Shown piece by piece: positions 1-29,280 of a stretch of 64,000 nt of DNA; positions within the stretch are counted from its first letter, which is position 1; each line of letters opens with the position of its first letter. Where the stretch lies: the NCBI GenBank assembly GCA_964016885.1, contig OZ024741.1, forward strand, positions 297,228,001 through 297,292,000, written 5' to 3'. The translations under genes were made by a program, and so were the position numbers. The notes beneath the pieces are model-generated. The model searched no databases. It was not told where the DNA came from and worked only from the letters and a program-made list of their open reading frames with translations. The stretch comes from Eledone cirrhosa (Eukaryota).

Positions 1-497
1 AGTGGATAAGGTGCTTTCATTGTGGTGCCAGATCGTCATACGGGGTGGATAAAAACCCTTTGTCAACCCTATATGACAATCTGGCACAACAGCAAAAGCA
101 CCTAGTCCATCCTGTAAAGGAGTCATACTGATAACACAAAGAAAAAAAACACTCAGTCCACCCTGTAAGGTGGTTGTGCTGGTGATACAATAAAAAAGCA
201 ACCAGTCTACCTGGTAAGGTGGTCGTGCTGGTGACAACAAAAAATGCCCAGTCCACCTTGTAAGGTGGTTACATTGGTGACACGACAAAAAGTGTCCAGT
301 CCACTCAGTTAGATGGTCGTTTCAGTGCCACAATAAAAAGCACCCAGTCCACCCTGTAATGTGGTTGGTGCTAGGAAGGCCATCCAGCCATAAAACCAAG
401 CCAAAATACAGATCCGTATGAGCAAAAGAGTCTCCTGACCTGAATTGTCTAATGTAACAACCTATTTAACCCATGCAAACATGAAAAATGGACATCA
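1..497 (+). mobile_element. RTE-type 3' tail with expanded ~47-nt tandem units
   Basis: Repeated AAAAGCACCCAGTCCACCCTGTAAGGTGGT-like units, followed by the common tail GGAAGGCCATCCAGC...AACCCATGC...GGAC. Confidence 0.75.
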
Positions 498-734
498 CAT
501 TCCTGCTCACTGCTATTGGAGCAGAGTCGGCTACCCACATATTTGAGCGCAGCGAGATGGAGTGGCTGTTCCAGCATATCTCCATTGATGTCCTCTGGGA
601 CAATGTCTTCTCCATCCTGTCAGCCAAGACCACAAAGCCGACTGAACCTTAAGTTTAAAAAACTAATATATTACGTTCTAACATTGAAAGATAAATTATT
701 ATTTCAAAATGTGTAAAAAGGAAACTTTTCTTAC

Positions 735-17299
<16,565 letters not shown>

Positions 17300-18010
17300 T
17301 TAGCTACTGAGAAAAAAAAATTAAGTGATATATATATGTGTTTGTGTTGTTGTGACAGGCCAGCACCACCACCACCGAGTAAAAACAACGACGACAACAG
17401 AGACTTATTCACAATGTGTTGTCGTTGTAGTAGTATGGTAGTTGTAAGTTCAATATACTGAACAGCTACTGCTATTCTGGGGAAAGAATATATATTTATA
17501 TATATATATAAATGTGTGTATGGATATACTTAAGTGTGTGTGTGTGGCTATATTTATGTGTGTGTGTTTATAATAATTACATATACATGTAATATACGTA
17601 TATATATATATATATGTATATTTTTATGGCGTCCGATGATCGACATCCAGTAACAAAAACACACACAATTCCCGGCGATTTGTAGTTTGCCTTAAAACAT
17701 GTAGCAATCAACCAAGTCACCGGGAGCCGTTTATCTTTTCCTATACATAATAATTCACAGTATACGACGCCTTTTTATCTGTTATTCTTTTTTCTCTCCG
17801 GCGAGCAAAGATCTTTTATTGCGTCGAATTACACCACATTGTTTGCGGCCATTTTTTTCTCTTTTGATGAGAGTTAATTCTCGTTAAATAACGGGCGGGT
17901 TTGTTTCCACACAACGAGATTTCAGCAGAACAGAAGAGCGGAACAAAAGATTAGAGGTATATATAATTCTATAATTCTGACATTTATTAGAATAATGGAA
18001 TAAAGACCTA

Positions 18011-18397
18011 ATCTCGGATCTCGAATGATCGCCACCCCACCCATACCCCTGTTTATAAATGTTCAAGTCCCCCCCTCACTCCCCGCTCTTATTCCAACCA
18101 CCCAACACCCCTTTATTAAATTTTGATAATATATCTCCGGCAAAATTTTATTTTAAGTGGTAGCACTCCTGCAACAATTAATTTTATTTATACATTAAAA
18201 AAAATCATTATACATTAAAAAAAAAAAGTAGATTACTAGAAATCTTATACGCTATAAAATAAATAGTTTGGGTTGGGGGTCTCAATTTGTAAACTAAACG
18301 ACTAATTCTGGTTTTTAAAAAAAATCAACAGAGACAACTTAGAAAAATTACCAATTTTCCTAAAAAAAAAAAACCCCTATTACTTGGGACCCGAGAG
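18011..18397 (+). mobile_element. TA-flanked Tc1/mariner-type MITE (~350 bp family)
   Basis: TIR ~CTCTCGGGTCYCAAATA with TA TSD; further copies at 31107-31438 (+), 38101-38449 (-), 48642-~48965 (-) and 59575-59920 (+). Confidence 0.8.
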
Positions 18398-18689
18398 TAC
18401 ATGAACTGATTCGTCATAAAAATATGAAGTGGGGAGATGGTGTAGTAAGTGAGTGATAGAGAGAAAGAAAGAAGCAGTTTCTTTCCCCCCTCTCATGTTT
18501 GGTAAATATCTGTTCTTAAATAACAGAATAAACATTATAGCGGGATAAAGAGATAGAAACCTAACGTCGCAAAGCAGAAGAACGGAACAAAAGATTAGAG
18601 GGATATGTTATTCTAGAATTCTGTTCATTATTAGAATAATGGAATACCGACCTATACGAACTGATTTCTCATAAAAAATAGGAGGTGGG

Positions 18690-19210
18690 GAAGTGAGTGA
18701 GAAAGAAAAGGGGAAAGGATTAGTGTGAGAAGAGAGAGGAGTGCGGAAAAGAGAACGAAAGGTGTAATGTGGGAAGGGAAGGAGACAGAAATATAAAGTA
18801 GAGTGGAAAGAGAGAGACATCGAAATATAAAGTAATGTGGAAAGAGAGAGAGGGAGGAATATTGCGAGAAAAAGAAAGAAAGGTGTAGCGTTTTGAGAAA
18901 GAGAAGTAAAGATGTAGTGTGGAAAAAGAGAGAGAAATATAAAGTAGTGTGGAAAGAGAAAGAAAGATGTAGTGTGGAAAGAGAGAGAAGGGGTGGTGTT
19001 TTGAGAGAGGGGTGCAGGCAAGAGAAAAGGATGTGTGGAAATAGAGAGAGGGGGGAGTGCGGGAAAGAGAAAGAAAGATATAGTGGGGAAACGGAGAGAG
19101 AGAGGAGTGCGTGAAAGAGAAAGAAAGATGTAGTGTGGAGAGAGAGAGGAGGGAATATAAAGTAGTGTGGAAAGAAAGAGAGGGAAGTAGTGTTTTGAGA
19201 GAGAGTGAAA
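18690..19210. repeat. GA-rich polypurine minisatellite
   Basis: Recurrent TAGTGTGGAAAGAGAGA units in an almost pyrimidine-free + strand. Confidence 0.85.
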
Positions 19211-19619
19211 GTATTTTTTTTTTTCTTCCTCGTTATCAAGTTTGGCAATTATCCATACTAGAATAATTGAATCAACATTCTAGAATAACGAAATCAACGT
19301 TATAGCAAAATACTGAATGGAAAGGGAGAAGGACCAGGCAAGGAGGAGTGCAGACTCAATTCTGTCTATTTGGAAATTAATTGCAATTATTAATATATTT
19401 TCCCTGCTAAATTAGGAAAATAATCCATATTTCAACAACAAATATTTGAGGGATAACTCAAACAGGTAGTGTCTATGAGTGACATGTTATCAACATAATC
19501 TCTGCAAATATGCCATTATTAAGAAAGTTATGAGGAAATAAGAATCAAGTAGGGGGGGGGGGGGCTGAATTGTAGTTATGTCGACTTCTGTGCCCCACCT
19601 GATTTTCTGTCTAAATAAT

Positions 19620-21068
19620 TAATATTTTAGTCTACTTGTTATCCCACTACATCTTTTGTGTACCCAAGATTTACATTGTAGACATTGCATGGAGTTTCCC
19701 TGAAGGAATCAGGGTCCTATCTTCTTTCCTACTCACTAGCACTTTAGTTCTGGCTAAATTTATTCACAGACCTTTTGATTCCAAATTTAGTGTCCATAAT
19801 TGAAATTTATTTCCTAGTTCTTTTTTTTGGTTCTCTTGTAGTTGCTTTACTAAGAAGAGGGCATCTGTACTACTTTTCCCAGGCATTAAACCAAACTGCA
19901 TCTCATCTATTTTGATTCTTTCCTAATTAGCTGTGATATAACTCTTATGTCACTTTCATAACTTGGTCCATTAGTTTTATTCCTCTATATTTGCTCCTTT
20001 CTAGAGCATTACCCTTGCCCTTGTGCTAGTCATTGGGTATGATTCCATCATGTATTACTTGATTTACTATACGGGTTACTAGTTTGACTCCTACCTCCCC
20101 CAATGCTTTTAGTATCTCAGCAACTATTTCTGATGGTCCCACAGCTTTACCATTCTTCATCTGCTTGATTGCGTCTATGACCCTAAAACTATCACCTTCA
20201 ATAGCTGGTCCTTCCTTTGGGTAAATTGGGAGTAGTTTCCCTTCCTCCAATTCATCCTCTACATTCATCAATCTCTCATGGTAACATTTCCAGGCTTCTT
20301 TCTTTTGGGCATTAGTGGTGCTAAGTGCACCAGTGTCATTTCTAACACATATTTCCTCAACAACATCTCTATTCACACTAACACACTGCTTTGCAATACA
20401 GAACACTTCATGTCTCTGGTCCTCACATCTCAAGACATTGGCAAATTTACATTCTTCAGCCTCTCTTCGAACTGTGTATACCTGTCGCCTAGCTTCTTTC
20501 TTAGCTACTTGGTACCGGTCTCTGTTAGCCTTATGCTTGTCTTTTGGCTTTAATGGCTGTATCTACTGTGCTGTTCCACTACCAGGTCACCCTCTGTCTG
20601 GCTGACACTTTACTCCAGCTACAAGTCTTGCCAGTAGTTCGCAAAAGATTTTCATGTAAGAATTTTCAGTTGTCCTCTACGTTATATGTATCTAGTTCGT
20701 CGTCCCTCTCATCAAGTAGGGCCTTTCTAAACCTATATTTAACCAAGTGGTCCTTTAGCTTCCATACCTTCCATTTCCATACTTCATGCATGTCTTGTTC
20801 TGTCTTTTGTTTATTTTGATGTCATTAATAACTAACTTATGCTGGGCAGTGCATTCTTCCCCAGGGAAGACCTTAGTATTTATTACAGTCCGTTTGTCTT
20901 GTTGTCTAACAAGTAAGTAATCAATCTGCCTTGTGTCTTCACCTTATTGATATGAAATCAGGTGGTCGGCTGTTTTCCTGAAATTTGTGTTGCAGATGTT
21001 TATTTCATTTGCATTACAGAATTCCAAGAGTCTCAGCCCCTCTTCATTCCTTGGGCCATAACCATAGC
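19620..21068 (-). mobile_element. Decayed RTE LINE (end of APE domain through RT)
   Basis: YGYGPRNEEGLRLLEFC..NTNFRK; AWKCYHERLMN; KAVGPSEIVAE; DEMQFG. Confidence 0.88.
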
Positions 21069-21071
21069 TGC

Positions 21072-21106
<35 letters not shown>

Positions 21107-21222
21107 TACATATATATAAATGTGCACATATATACAACAGAATCCAGGAAAACATTAATAAATGACTTCATTTAATGTTTTTTGTTTTGTTTTGTTTTTT
21201 CATTTGCTTCATTATTGTATAT

Positions 21223-21409
21223 ATGAGGGTTAAATGAAATGTTTATAGGCTGACCAAGATACTCTCATGGAATAATCAAATGAGGTTTATTTTTCAACAT
21301 GTCCCTGGAAGGAAACAATGCAGTTATTAATGAGAAGAGTTGAAATTAATTCATGCAAGATTTCATAGCTCTAGCATCACTTCATATGAACATTTCAGCC
21401 TACCCTCAT
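21223..21409. mobile_element. Short mariner-derived MITE
   Basis: TATGAGGGTT..TGAAATGTT versus AACATTTCAGCCTACCCTCAT form inverted ends. Confidence 0.5.
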
Positions 21410-21633
21410 GTTGTGGATCTATAGATTTACTTTAAATAAACAGAATTTAATGACCATTGGAGGAAACATTCCAGAATTATATTTAGTCCATAACATTAGT
21501 TTCTATTAAAAGGAACTTGCTGGTATATATATATATCACCTTGACTAACCAGTCTGTCGGGCGCCACTGGTCATTGCACATTGCTGTTTTAGCCATACGA
21601 TGACGCCATCCCACTGGCTGTGTGGGCAGGCTG

Positions 21634-21663
<30 letters not shown>

Positions 21664-21665
<2 letters not shown>

Positions 21666-22760
21666 GAGGTGGCATCAAGAAATATCTGGACTAGTTATGT
21701 TTAAAAAAAACTAACATATTTACCTAAGTGTTAACATCATCTCCTTCGAAATAGTCACCTTGTACAGCAATACACAGGTCCCAGCGTTCCTGCCTGGAAG
21801 TCATTTTCTGTAACCGAGTCGAGAACTTTCTGCAATTCGCTATGGATCTCGGCAATGCTGTTAAAACAGCAACCTTTGAGCTGTATTTCCACTTGGAGAA
21901 ATGATGGAAGTTGGCTGGTGCTAAATCTGTCAAATATGGTGTGTGTGGACGTGATACAATGTTGTTTTTGGCAAGAATCTACCGAGTGAAGAGAGCTCGG
22001 TGACACGGTGCATTGTCATTGTGAAGAATCAAATTCTTTGCGCTCCACAGATCCAATCACTTTTGCTGGACATCCTCCCTCAATCACCTCAAAATGTTGC
22101 AGTAGAACTCTCAATTGATGATCTGGCTTTGGGGGATGAATTCTCAATTCATAATTCCGCGAACGTTGAAAAAAATGATGAGCAGACTCTTGATTGAGCT
22201 GTGGTTCTGTCATGGAGATGAAGGGCTTTTTCATTGTGTCAACTGCTGCTTCGTTTCAGGGTCATACCTGTAAACCCAACTCTCATCATTAGAGATGATC
22301 CTCGACATGAAGCATGGGTCAACAGTGGAACGCTGACGGAAATCTTGACAGACTTCGATGCAATGTTCTTTCTGCTCAGTGGTCTGAGGTGGGGAACAAA
22401 CTTGGCAGCGACACACCACATGTTCCATTTGGAGGTTAGGATTGCCTGCATGAACCCATACAACAGACCAACATCAGCAATATCGTTGATTATCCTCTGA
22501 CGATCCTCATGCACAAGCTGATTAATTTTCTCCACATTTCCGGGGATAATGATCATGGTAGGTCTTCCAGATCACTTGTCATCTTCCAGAAACGTCCTTT
22601 CCCTTTTGAAACTCCCATGCCACTCAAAACATTGCGTACAACCCATTGCTTCTTTACTGTAAACTTACTGAAGCATGCTCAATGTCTCTGTAGCAAATTT
22701 CCCAAGTTGAATGCAAAATTTCACATTGGCTTTTTTGTTCCAGCTTCCTATTCATGACTT
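21664..22760 (-). mobile_element. Decayed mariner (DD34D-type) transposon
   Basis: ORF fragments IISNDESWVYRYDPETKQQ, DLAPANF and RWDLCIAVQGDYFEGD; TA-flanked TIR-like end at 21664. Confidence 0.88.
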
Positions 22761-23819
22761 GGGATGAGGTGCAAATTGCATCTGATCCTTCTTATGCTCA
22801 GTTTCTCTCTGAGTTCATTTATGCTTTGCTGTTCATGTATATTACTATTACATCCATTGAAGCATAGAAGGTTCATTTCTTTTCAATATATAGTTGAAAA
22901 GGGTCTAAAGTTCTTTACAAACAAAGGTTTTAGTTAAAAAGTGAAGGTGAAAACGTACAGACATGTATTTAAAGATTATTTTATCTTTAATCCTACAAAA
23001 TTAATAATTTTATAACTATTGCATTAAATATAACTGGTTTCGATTGGTATAACAATATTATCAAATATGAAATACTATATATTTAAAAAATGTTTTTGCA
23101 TGTATTCTGTGAGTAGTTTGAATATATAATAATTGTTTCTACTTTAGGCACAAGGCCAGCAATTACCCAGTGCATTACTGGTACTTTATTTTATCGACCC
23201 CGTAAGGATGAAAGGCAAAGTCAACCTCGGCGGGATTTGAACTCAAATTTGAATATATAATAATGTTCAGTTGTTGTAGAGATAAAGACATCATTGTCAT
23301 CATTTAATATCCCTTCTCCCTGCTATTCAATAATTGTTTCTACTTTTGGCACAAGGCCAGCAATTATCCCAGTGCACTACTGGTGTTTTATTTTATTGAA
23401 CCCATAAGGATGAAAGGCAAAGTTAACCTCGGTGGGATTTGAACTCAGAGCGTAAAGGACCATACCTCTATGGTGTCTGATGCTCTACCAATACTACCAA
23501 TCCACCACCCTGCTATTCAATAATATTACAAACATATAAATCTTTTATTAACGCAGATACTTCAGCTCAAAACAAGAGGTTTATTCTCGCTTTCCTCATA
23601 GATTGGACACAGGAAGAAGGAAATAGTGGAGTATGAGTGGGTGAGAGCTAAGGGAGAGGGGAATTGAGAGTATACTGGCAGGTAGGGACCTAAATATTCC
23701 ACCTCCTTGCTTCTTCAAGTTTATGGTGAAGGAATGTAAACAGGAGGGGTATTGGTACCATACTGGCAGGTGGGGGCCATTTTCTTCTCCGTTCTTGTTT
23801 TATCCCACTTGCATGGGAA

Positions 23820-24805
23820 GGCAAGTATTCTGTAGTACAACACTTCACCAGTAATCTTGATCTAAGGACATCTCCTTCATGAGGTTTAGTGGTATGAAGT
23901 CGGCCCACCACATTATCCCAAGTTTACTTAGGTAATTCTTTACCTTTTGTTCCATAGACTTCAAGAACTCTGCTTTATCTATGCAACTGTCATCCTCTAT
24001 ATGCATCATATGTCCATAGCAATGCAGATTTCTCTCCTTCACACTTCATCAGATCACTCTTATGCAGTTTTTCTTTCAGCTCATTGATACTTGGTCATTC
24101 AAGTATACTGCTATTACACATCCATCAGAGCATCCTCACCTCATTTTTTTTCCAATTTCCACAAGTCCTTTGCACACAAAGCCAAAGTTTCACTTCCATG
24201 CAGTATTGCCATTTGCACCAAACATCATAAAATATACCTTTCACTCTGAAGAAGAAAGCTTTTGTAGCCAGCAATAGTAGTAGCTCCCTGAACTTTTTTT
24301 GATTGGTCACCACTCTAGCTATTGTACTTTCAGAACATCCACCTCCTCTGCTAATTTCGTCTCCCTAGTAGTAGAAGCTGTCAAGTACCACTAGGGACCC
24401 ATCTTAGCATTTTATGGGGCTTATTCCATGTAAGTGCTTGCTATTCACTGCTCCTGTGTGTCTGTTGCATACAAAGTATACATTTTTGCTAGCCAGCCTG
24501 AGATCCTGTTAAATCACCTATGTACTCATAGCTTACATTTTGTACATATGATGGAATTTCTACCTACTTCTTTCCTACATACCGAGCAAGGCCAATTCCT
24601 CGAGACCTTGTTTTCTTCTAACTTTAGTCCTTATCAAGTTGAGTCCTTCACATTCCAGGTTTGGGAATTTCTTCTCAAATTGTGCCACTGTCTCAGCTAT
24701 GAGGACTATATAGAAGTTTCTGGGCAGCCAATCTTAAATTCCTTTGTTATGGCTTGGGGAACAGTAATAAACAGGAGAGTATAAGGGCAGAGTTCCGGTG
24801 GGCCC
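23820..24805 (-). mobile_element. Highly decayed RTE LINE fragment
   Basis: KKFRELL..LLATK, YGHMMHIEDDSCI and PHD-like remnants. Confidence 0.75.
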
Positions 24806-24884
24806 TTTACCTGCATATTAAATTTGTCTGTGTATATATATGTGTGTGTGTGTGTGTGTGTGATGCGTAAACTGAAAAAAATGA

Positions 24885-25362
24885 TACCTCCAATGCTTTG
24901 CTTCCCTGGTCATGGATACATTGAAGCTCCAACGTCTGGCAACTGACTTGGTAAGCACCCACAAAATTATTAACCATCTTGTCCACAACAACCCTGAGTA
25001 CCTTTTTGATTTCCATGTGTCTAACACAAGTGGGCATGCCCATAAAGTCAGAAAAAACAGCACAGCTCCCATGACTTTCGGAAACATTTTTTCACGCTCA
25101 GAGTTGCTGAAGCATGGAACAAACTACTTGCATCAGTTATTAGCTGTCGAGACACTGCATCCTTTAAAACCTCCATGCTTCCTGAGATTCGCCAACACTA
25201 CACCTAATATTCCCCCTACATACACACACACACATGTATATTATGACTCATACACTATTCACTTCCCTGACATTTGTGTATATTATTCTATGTACTATAC
25301 ATGCACCTTTGGCGAGTTGTAGTGCACCTGAGCACTGTACACAATAATTTCATTATTATTAT
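24885..25362 (+). mobile_element. CR1-type LINE 3' end
   Basis: MDTLKLQRLATDL..THKII; (ATT)n tail; homologous to 62220-62650. Confidence 0.8.
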
Positions 25363-26530
25363 AATTTTCGGATCTAATTAAGCCCCTGTCAGAAAACGTG
25401 TATATCAACCAATCGACTACAAGCGCACTTTTTACTATATATCTTAATTAATTACCAGCACGAGCACTAATTATATGCAAATGCATATGCCAATTTCAGA
25501 ATAATACTAAGAGTGAATGGGTATATATATACCCATCAAATACATGTTTCTTGGTGGTACAGTATGGGTGCACTCGTCTTTCTAAGCTGGCATGGTTTAA
25601 CGAGAATCTAGGAATTCAAGCATGTGAGTGTGGGAGGGCGTGAGCAAGCAATGACTAACAGTACTCCTTGGTGGTGCGCCCGTCCATCTTTCCACGCAAG
25701 CATGGGTTGGACAAGGAAGGAAGAAACTATGGTTGGGGCGAGGGAGATCCAATGTGTGAGGAGAAGACTACGTGGGAGTAAGTTAAATAGTAAGGTAGAA
25801 GATGAAAGGGGGCATATTCGCAGGAGGAAGAAAGATTTAAATGTCGTTACACCTTCGCTTTTTCGTACCATCCTCTCCATGCTCGTTTCATCCCGCTCAT
25901 GTGAGAAGGCGATTCTTCGATTCGGTCCTGTGTCAAAGCTGAACCCGAGGTTCAGCTTTGTGAGGTCAGCCTTTACCACACCACCCCAAGTTTTCTTTGG
26001 TCTACTTCTTCAAACTCCATCAACTTAGAGTGCCCTGCACTTCTTTATGCAATTGTCATCTGTCATACACTTCACATGTCTACACCTGCGTGGATTCTCT
26101 CTTATACACTGCATCAAATCCCTCTGGTATAAAATTAATGTGCTTATATGATAAGACAGTAGCATGCACATACACGTACACCAGGTCCGAACACCCACTG
26201 AGATCGCCTCCATCTCTCACTGTTTTGCTCGCCCGCCTTATTATATATACTGACAATAGCATCAACATGGCGTGATTCGAAGGCATATACTATATGCTTA
26301 TGTATAATAAGCATTTGTAAGTTTCGCTATGACTGTTTTAAACTGTGACATGATTACAGATTAATACAGTCATAGTGAGACTATACATAAACATATTGTG
26401 TGCGCCTTCCTAAACATCCATATCATATTTATATATGTATGTGGGTGTATATAATACCACAATAGTATTTATATTAACTCAATAATACAAGGGAGGCTAC
26501 TCTTTCATAATATCCGGATATTAATTGACA

Positions 26531-27268
26531 ATGGCGCCGACACGTGTGATCACTTCGTCTTCAGAGGATTTAGAGAAGCAGTTGGCTGATTTACTGATAA
26601 GCAAGTCTGAGCTGGCATTTAAATCTGATCGTTTGTTTATAATTGGTGTTTCTGGAGGTAGTGTATCTAAATATTTGTGTAACACCCTTTCTAAACTCTC
26701 TACAAACTGGGCTCAATGGCGAATCTTCTTTTGCGATGAACGTTATGTACCTTACGACAACCCTGAATGTACTTATAAATATTACAAGGACAACTTCTTG
26801 TCTAACGTAAAAGATATGTCTTCTGAACATATATATCCGATTAAACCTGATCTTCCTATTGAACAATGTGCTGAAAATTACTCGAAGACAATTGCTGAGA
26901 TGTTTGGTATAGCCAACGGAACCCTCCCTCGCTTTGATGTTGTTTTACTTGGCATGGGGCCCGATGGTCATACCTGTTCGCTTTTTCCCGGACATCATTT
27001 ATTGAACGAGAAAGTAGCTGTAGTCAGTCCAATCACTGACTCTCCAAAACCTCCACCCAACCGTGTAACACTCACCTTGCCTGTACTTAACCAATCTGCA
27101 TGTGCAGTATTCTTAGCAACCGGTGAAAGTAAAGCTGAACTGGCGAGGAAAGCCTTAGAACCTGTTGACAGCGATGGAGTCATGATACCTGCGGGCAGAG
27201 TGAACCCAGTCAAAGGAGAATTAATTTGGTTTTTGGATGTGGCTTCTGCAAAACAACTGAAGCATTAA
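26531..27268 (+). CDS. PGLS: 6-phosphogluconolactonase, single-exon CDS, 245 aa
   Basis: Intact ORF from ACAATGG. Motifs GVSGGS, FFCDERYVP, FDVVLLGMGPDGHTCSLFPGH and DSPKPPPNRVTLTLP are typical of 6PGL. Confidence 0.97.
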   Translation: MAPTRVITSSSEDLEKQLADLLISKSELAFKSDRLFIIGVSGGSVSKYLCNTLSKLSTNWAQWRIFFCDERYVPYDNPECTYKYYKDNFLSNVKDMSSEHIYPIKPDLPIEQCAENYSKTIAEMFGIANGTLPRFDVVLLGMGPDGHTCSLFPGHHLLNEKVAVVSPITDSPKPPPNRVTLTLPVLNQSACAVFLATGESKAELARKALEPVDSDGVMIPAGRVNPVKGELIWFLDVASAKQLKH

Positions 27269-27349
27269 GAATACTTATAACTTTACATAATACACTCATA
27301 CACTCTCTTTTTCTCTCCCTGTGTATGTTTATGTATAATATATATATGT

Positions 27350-27735
27350 CAGACCTGCCAACTTCTAAAAACCCAAACCCATGAAAAAAAGTGCCCCAAA
27401 AGTGGAGAAATGAGGTAAAATGGGGAGCTTTTACATAATTGTTTCTTCTTTTGGCACAAGGCCAGCAATTAAATCAGTGTATTACTGGTACTTTATTTTA
27501 TCGACCCCGTAAGGATGAAAGGCAAAGTTAACCTCGACGGGATTTGAACTCAGACCGTAAAGGAACGTAACTATGCTGGAAAGCATGGCGTCCGACCCTC
27601 TACCGATACTGCCAATTCACCGCCTGGGGAGCTTTTACATAATGAAAGCTATACCCATTTTCACAAGCGAAGACCTCTCTCATCCCAAAGTGGGTGGGCG
27701 ATCTCCCCGTCAGACAGGGAGAGTTGACAGGTTTG
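27350..27735. mobile_element. hAT-like MITE with nested SINE (27440-27624, 19-bp TSD)
   Basis: CAGACCTGCCAACT...AGTTGACAGGTTTG ends; flanks ATATATGT/ATATATAT; SINE TSD TGGGGAGCTTTTACATAAT. Confidence 0.65.
27440..27624 (-). mobile_element. tRNA-derived SINE with GCCTTTCATCC..GTCGATAAAA core and (ATT)n-type tail
   Basis: About 12 copies in the window (7530, 23130, 23332, 27985, 28183, 38745, 40340, 42898, 50885, 57320, 58468); B-box GAGTTCAAATCC. Confidence 0.8.
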
Positions 27736-28299
27736 ATATATATAAGCAGCTAAATAAAACGATCAAGCTGAGACTTCGAATTCCGTGCCACTTTTCTACT
27801 CAGAAAATAAAATTTACTCTTTATCTATATGTATTGGCTTTTCATTCAGTTAATCTTTGAATGTTTTAAGTATTGTGATATTTTAAACACTCATTCTAAT
27901 AATTATTATATATTATTTAATATGTAAACCGTTTTTCGATGGTTGAATAGAAATTGTTTAAAGTATGGAGTAACAAGTCATTAATAATTGTTTCTACTTT
28001 TGGCACAAGGCCAGCAATTATCCCAGTGTATTACTGGTACTTTATTTTATTGACTCCGTAAGGATGAAAGGCAAAGTTAAACTCGGCGGGATTTGAACTC
28101 AGATCATAACGGGCCGTAACTCTTTGCTGCAAAGCATGGCGTCCGACTCTACCTATACTGTCAATGTACCGCCCTTCATAAATAATTGTTTTTTACTTTT
28201 GGCACAAGGCCAGTAATTATCCAGTGTATTACTGGTACTTTATTTTATCGACCCCGTAAGGATGAAAGGCAAAGTTAACCTCCATAAATAATATATCGT

Positions 28300-29280
28300 T
28301 ATACACGGTCACTGTTTTTTGAGGACGTCTTTTTATAGTTCTAACTTTTGTCTATTTTTTCTGATTATCATTTCTTTTCAAATATATGACAGACATCAAG
28401 CTAACTCAGCAAATGAAAAGGCACGCTGCAATTGTTGCCTTGAAAGACAGATCATAGTGATTTAGAGATCACTTGCTTCCTGAAAGTTGCAGTCATTTGT
28501 TGTCAAATTCACAAAGAGCTGGAAGCTGCTGACAGGGATTCTACAGCAGTAGCCAAATGTAAAACACCTGTTAGTGGTCCTAATATCATCAGACACCCAA
28601 ATTTATACAAGAGGTGCAGTTAATTATTTATAAGAACTCCAGAAAGTTAATTAGCACCATTAAAGAGCTCAAAGTGTCAAGGCTGACTATTGGAAGAATT
28701 GTGCATGAGGACCTTCGATACAAGTCATATAGGATGTGGAGAGGCCAATTCATCTTTGCAAAGACAAATGATAACCATCTGATCTACACAAAGCACTTGT
28801 TTAGCTGACTTGAAATATCAAGAGCCTGGAATGCTTATGCTTTGATTTTTCTCTGAATGGAAAAGCTTTGATCAGGACGAAAAGGTCAACCGAAGGAATG
28901 ACAGATGGTTATGGAAAGACTAAAGATGTTCCAACAATCATGCATACAAAGTTTCCAGCAACTGTGATGGTTCTGAGAGCCATGAGCAAGGAAAGTCTGT
29001 ACACCTAATAAGACTCTGCACCATCTTGTAAAGACAAGACAACCCAAGAACGAATGAGTTACAAACTCCATGATCCCATTACCCCAAACTCCTTGCTCTT
29101 CAGACCTGTATCCATTGAACTACTACATATGGGGCAGTCAAGAGGAAAGTCAATCAATGCCCCACAATACTATATAATCTCTGAAGTCCACCATACTAAT
29201 ACAATGTCTAAAATAGATAAAGATCATGTAATTGTGGCATGTCAACATTTCAGACCTCGAATTGAAGCAGGTTAAAAACA
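28300..29280 (+). mobile_element. Decayed Tc1/mariner transposon (maT/DD37D-like)
   Basis: MKRHAAIVALK; VSRLTIGRIVHEDLRYKSY; DQDEKVNRRNDRWL; MHTKFPATVMVL; VACQHFRPRIEA. Confidence 0.7.

Noticed and set aside
1-400. CRISPR-like regular repeat array
   Set aside because: Units are degenerate along their whole length with no unique spacers, belong to RTE 3'UTRs, and the context is eukaryotic with no cas genes.
18608-19248. 137-198 aa ORFs
   Set aside because: Artefacts of the GA/TC low-complexity tract.
26531-27268. PGLS nested in an ISY1 intron, or of bacterial origin
   Set aside because: The ISY1 stop codon is at 30969, so PGLS lies downstream and convergent. The motif pattern (GHTCSLFPGH, DSPKPPP) and base composition fit an animal gene.
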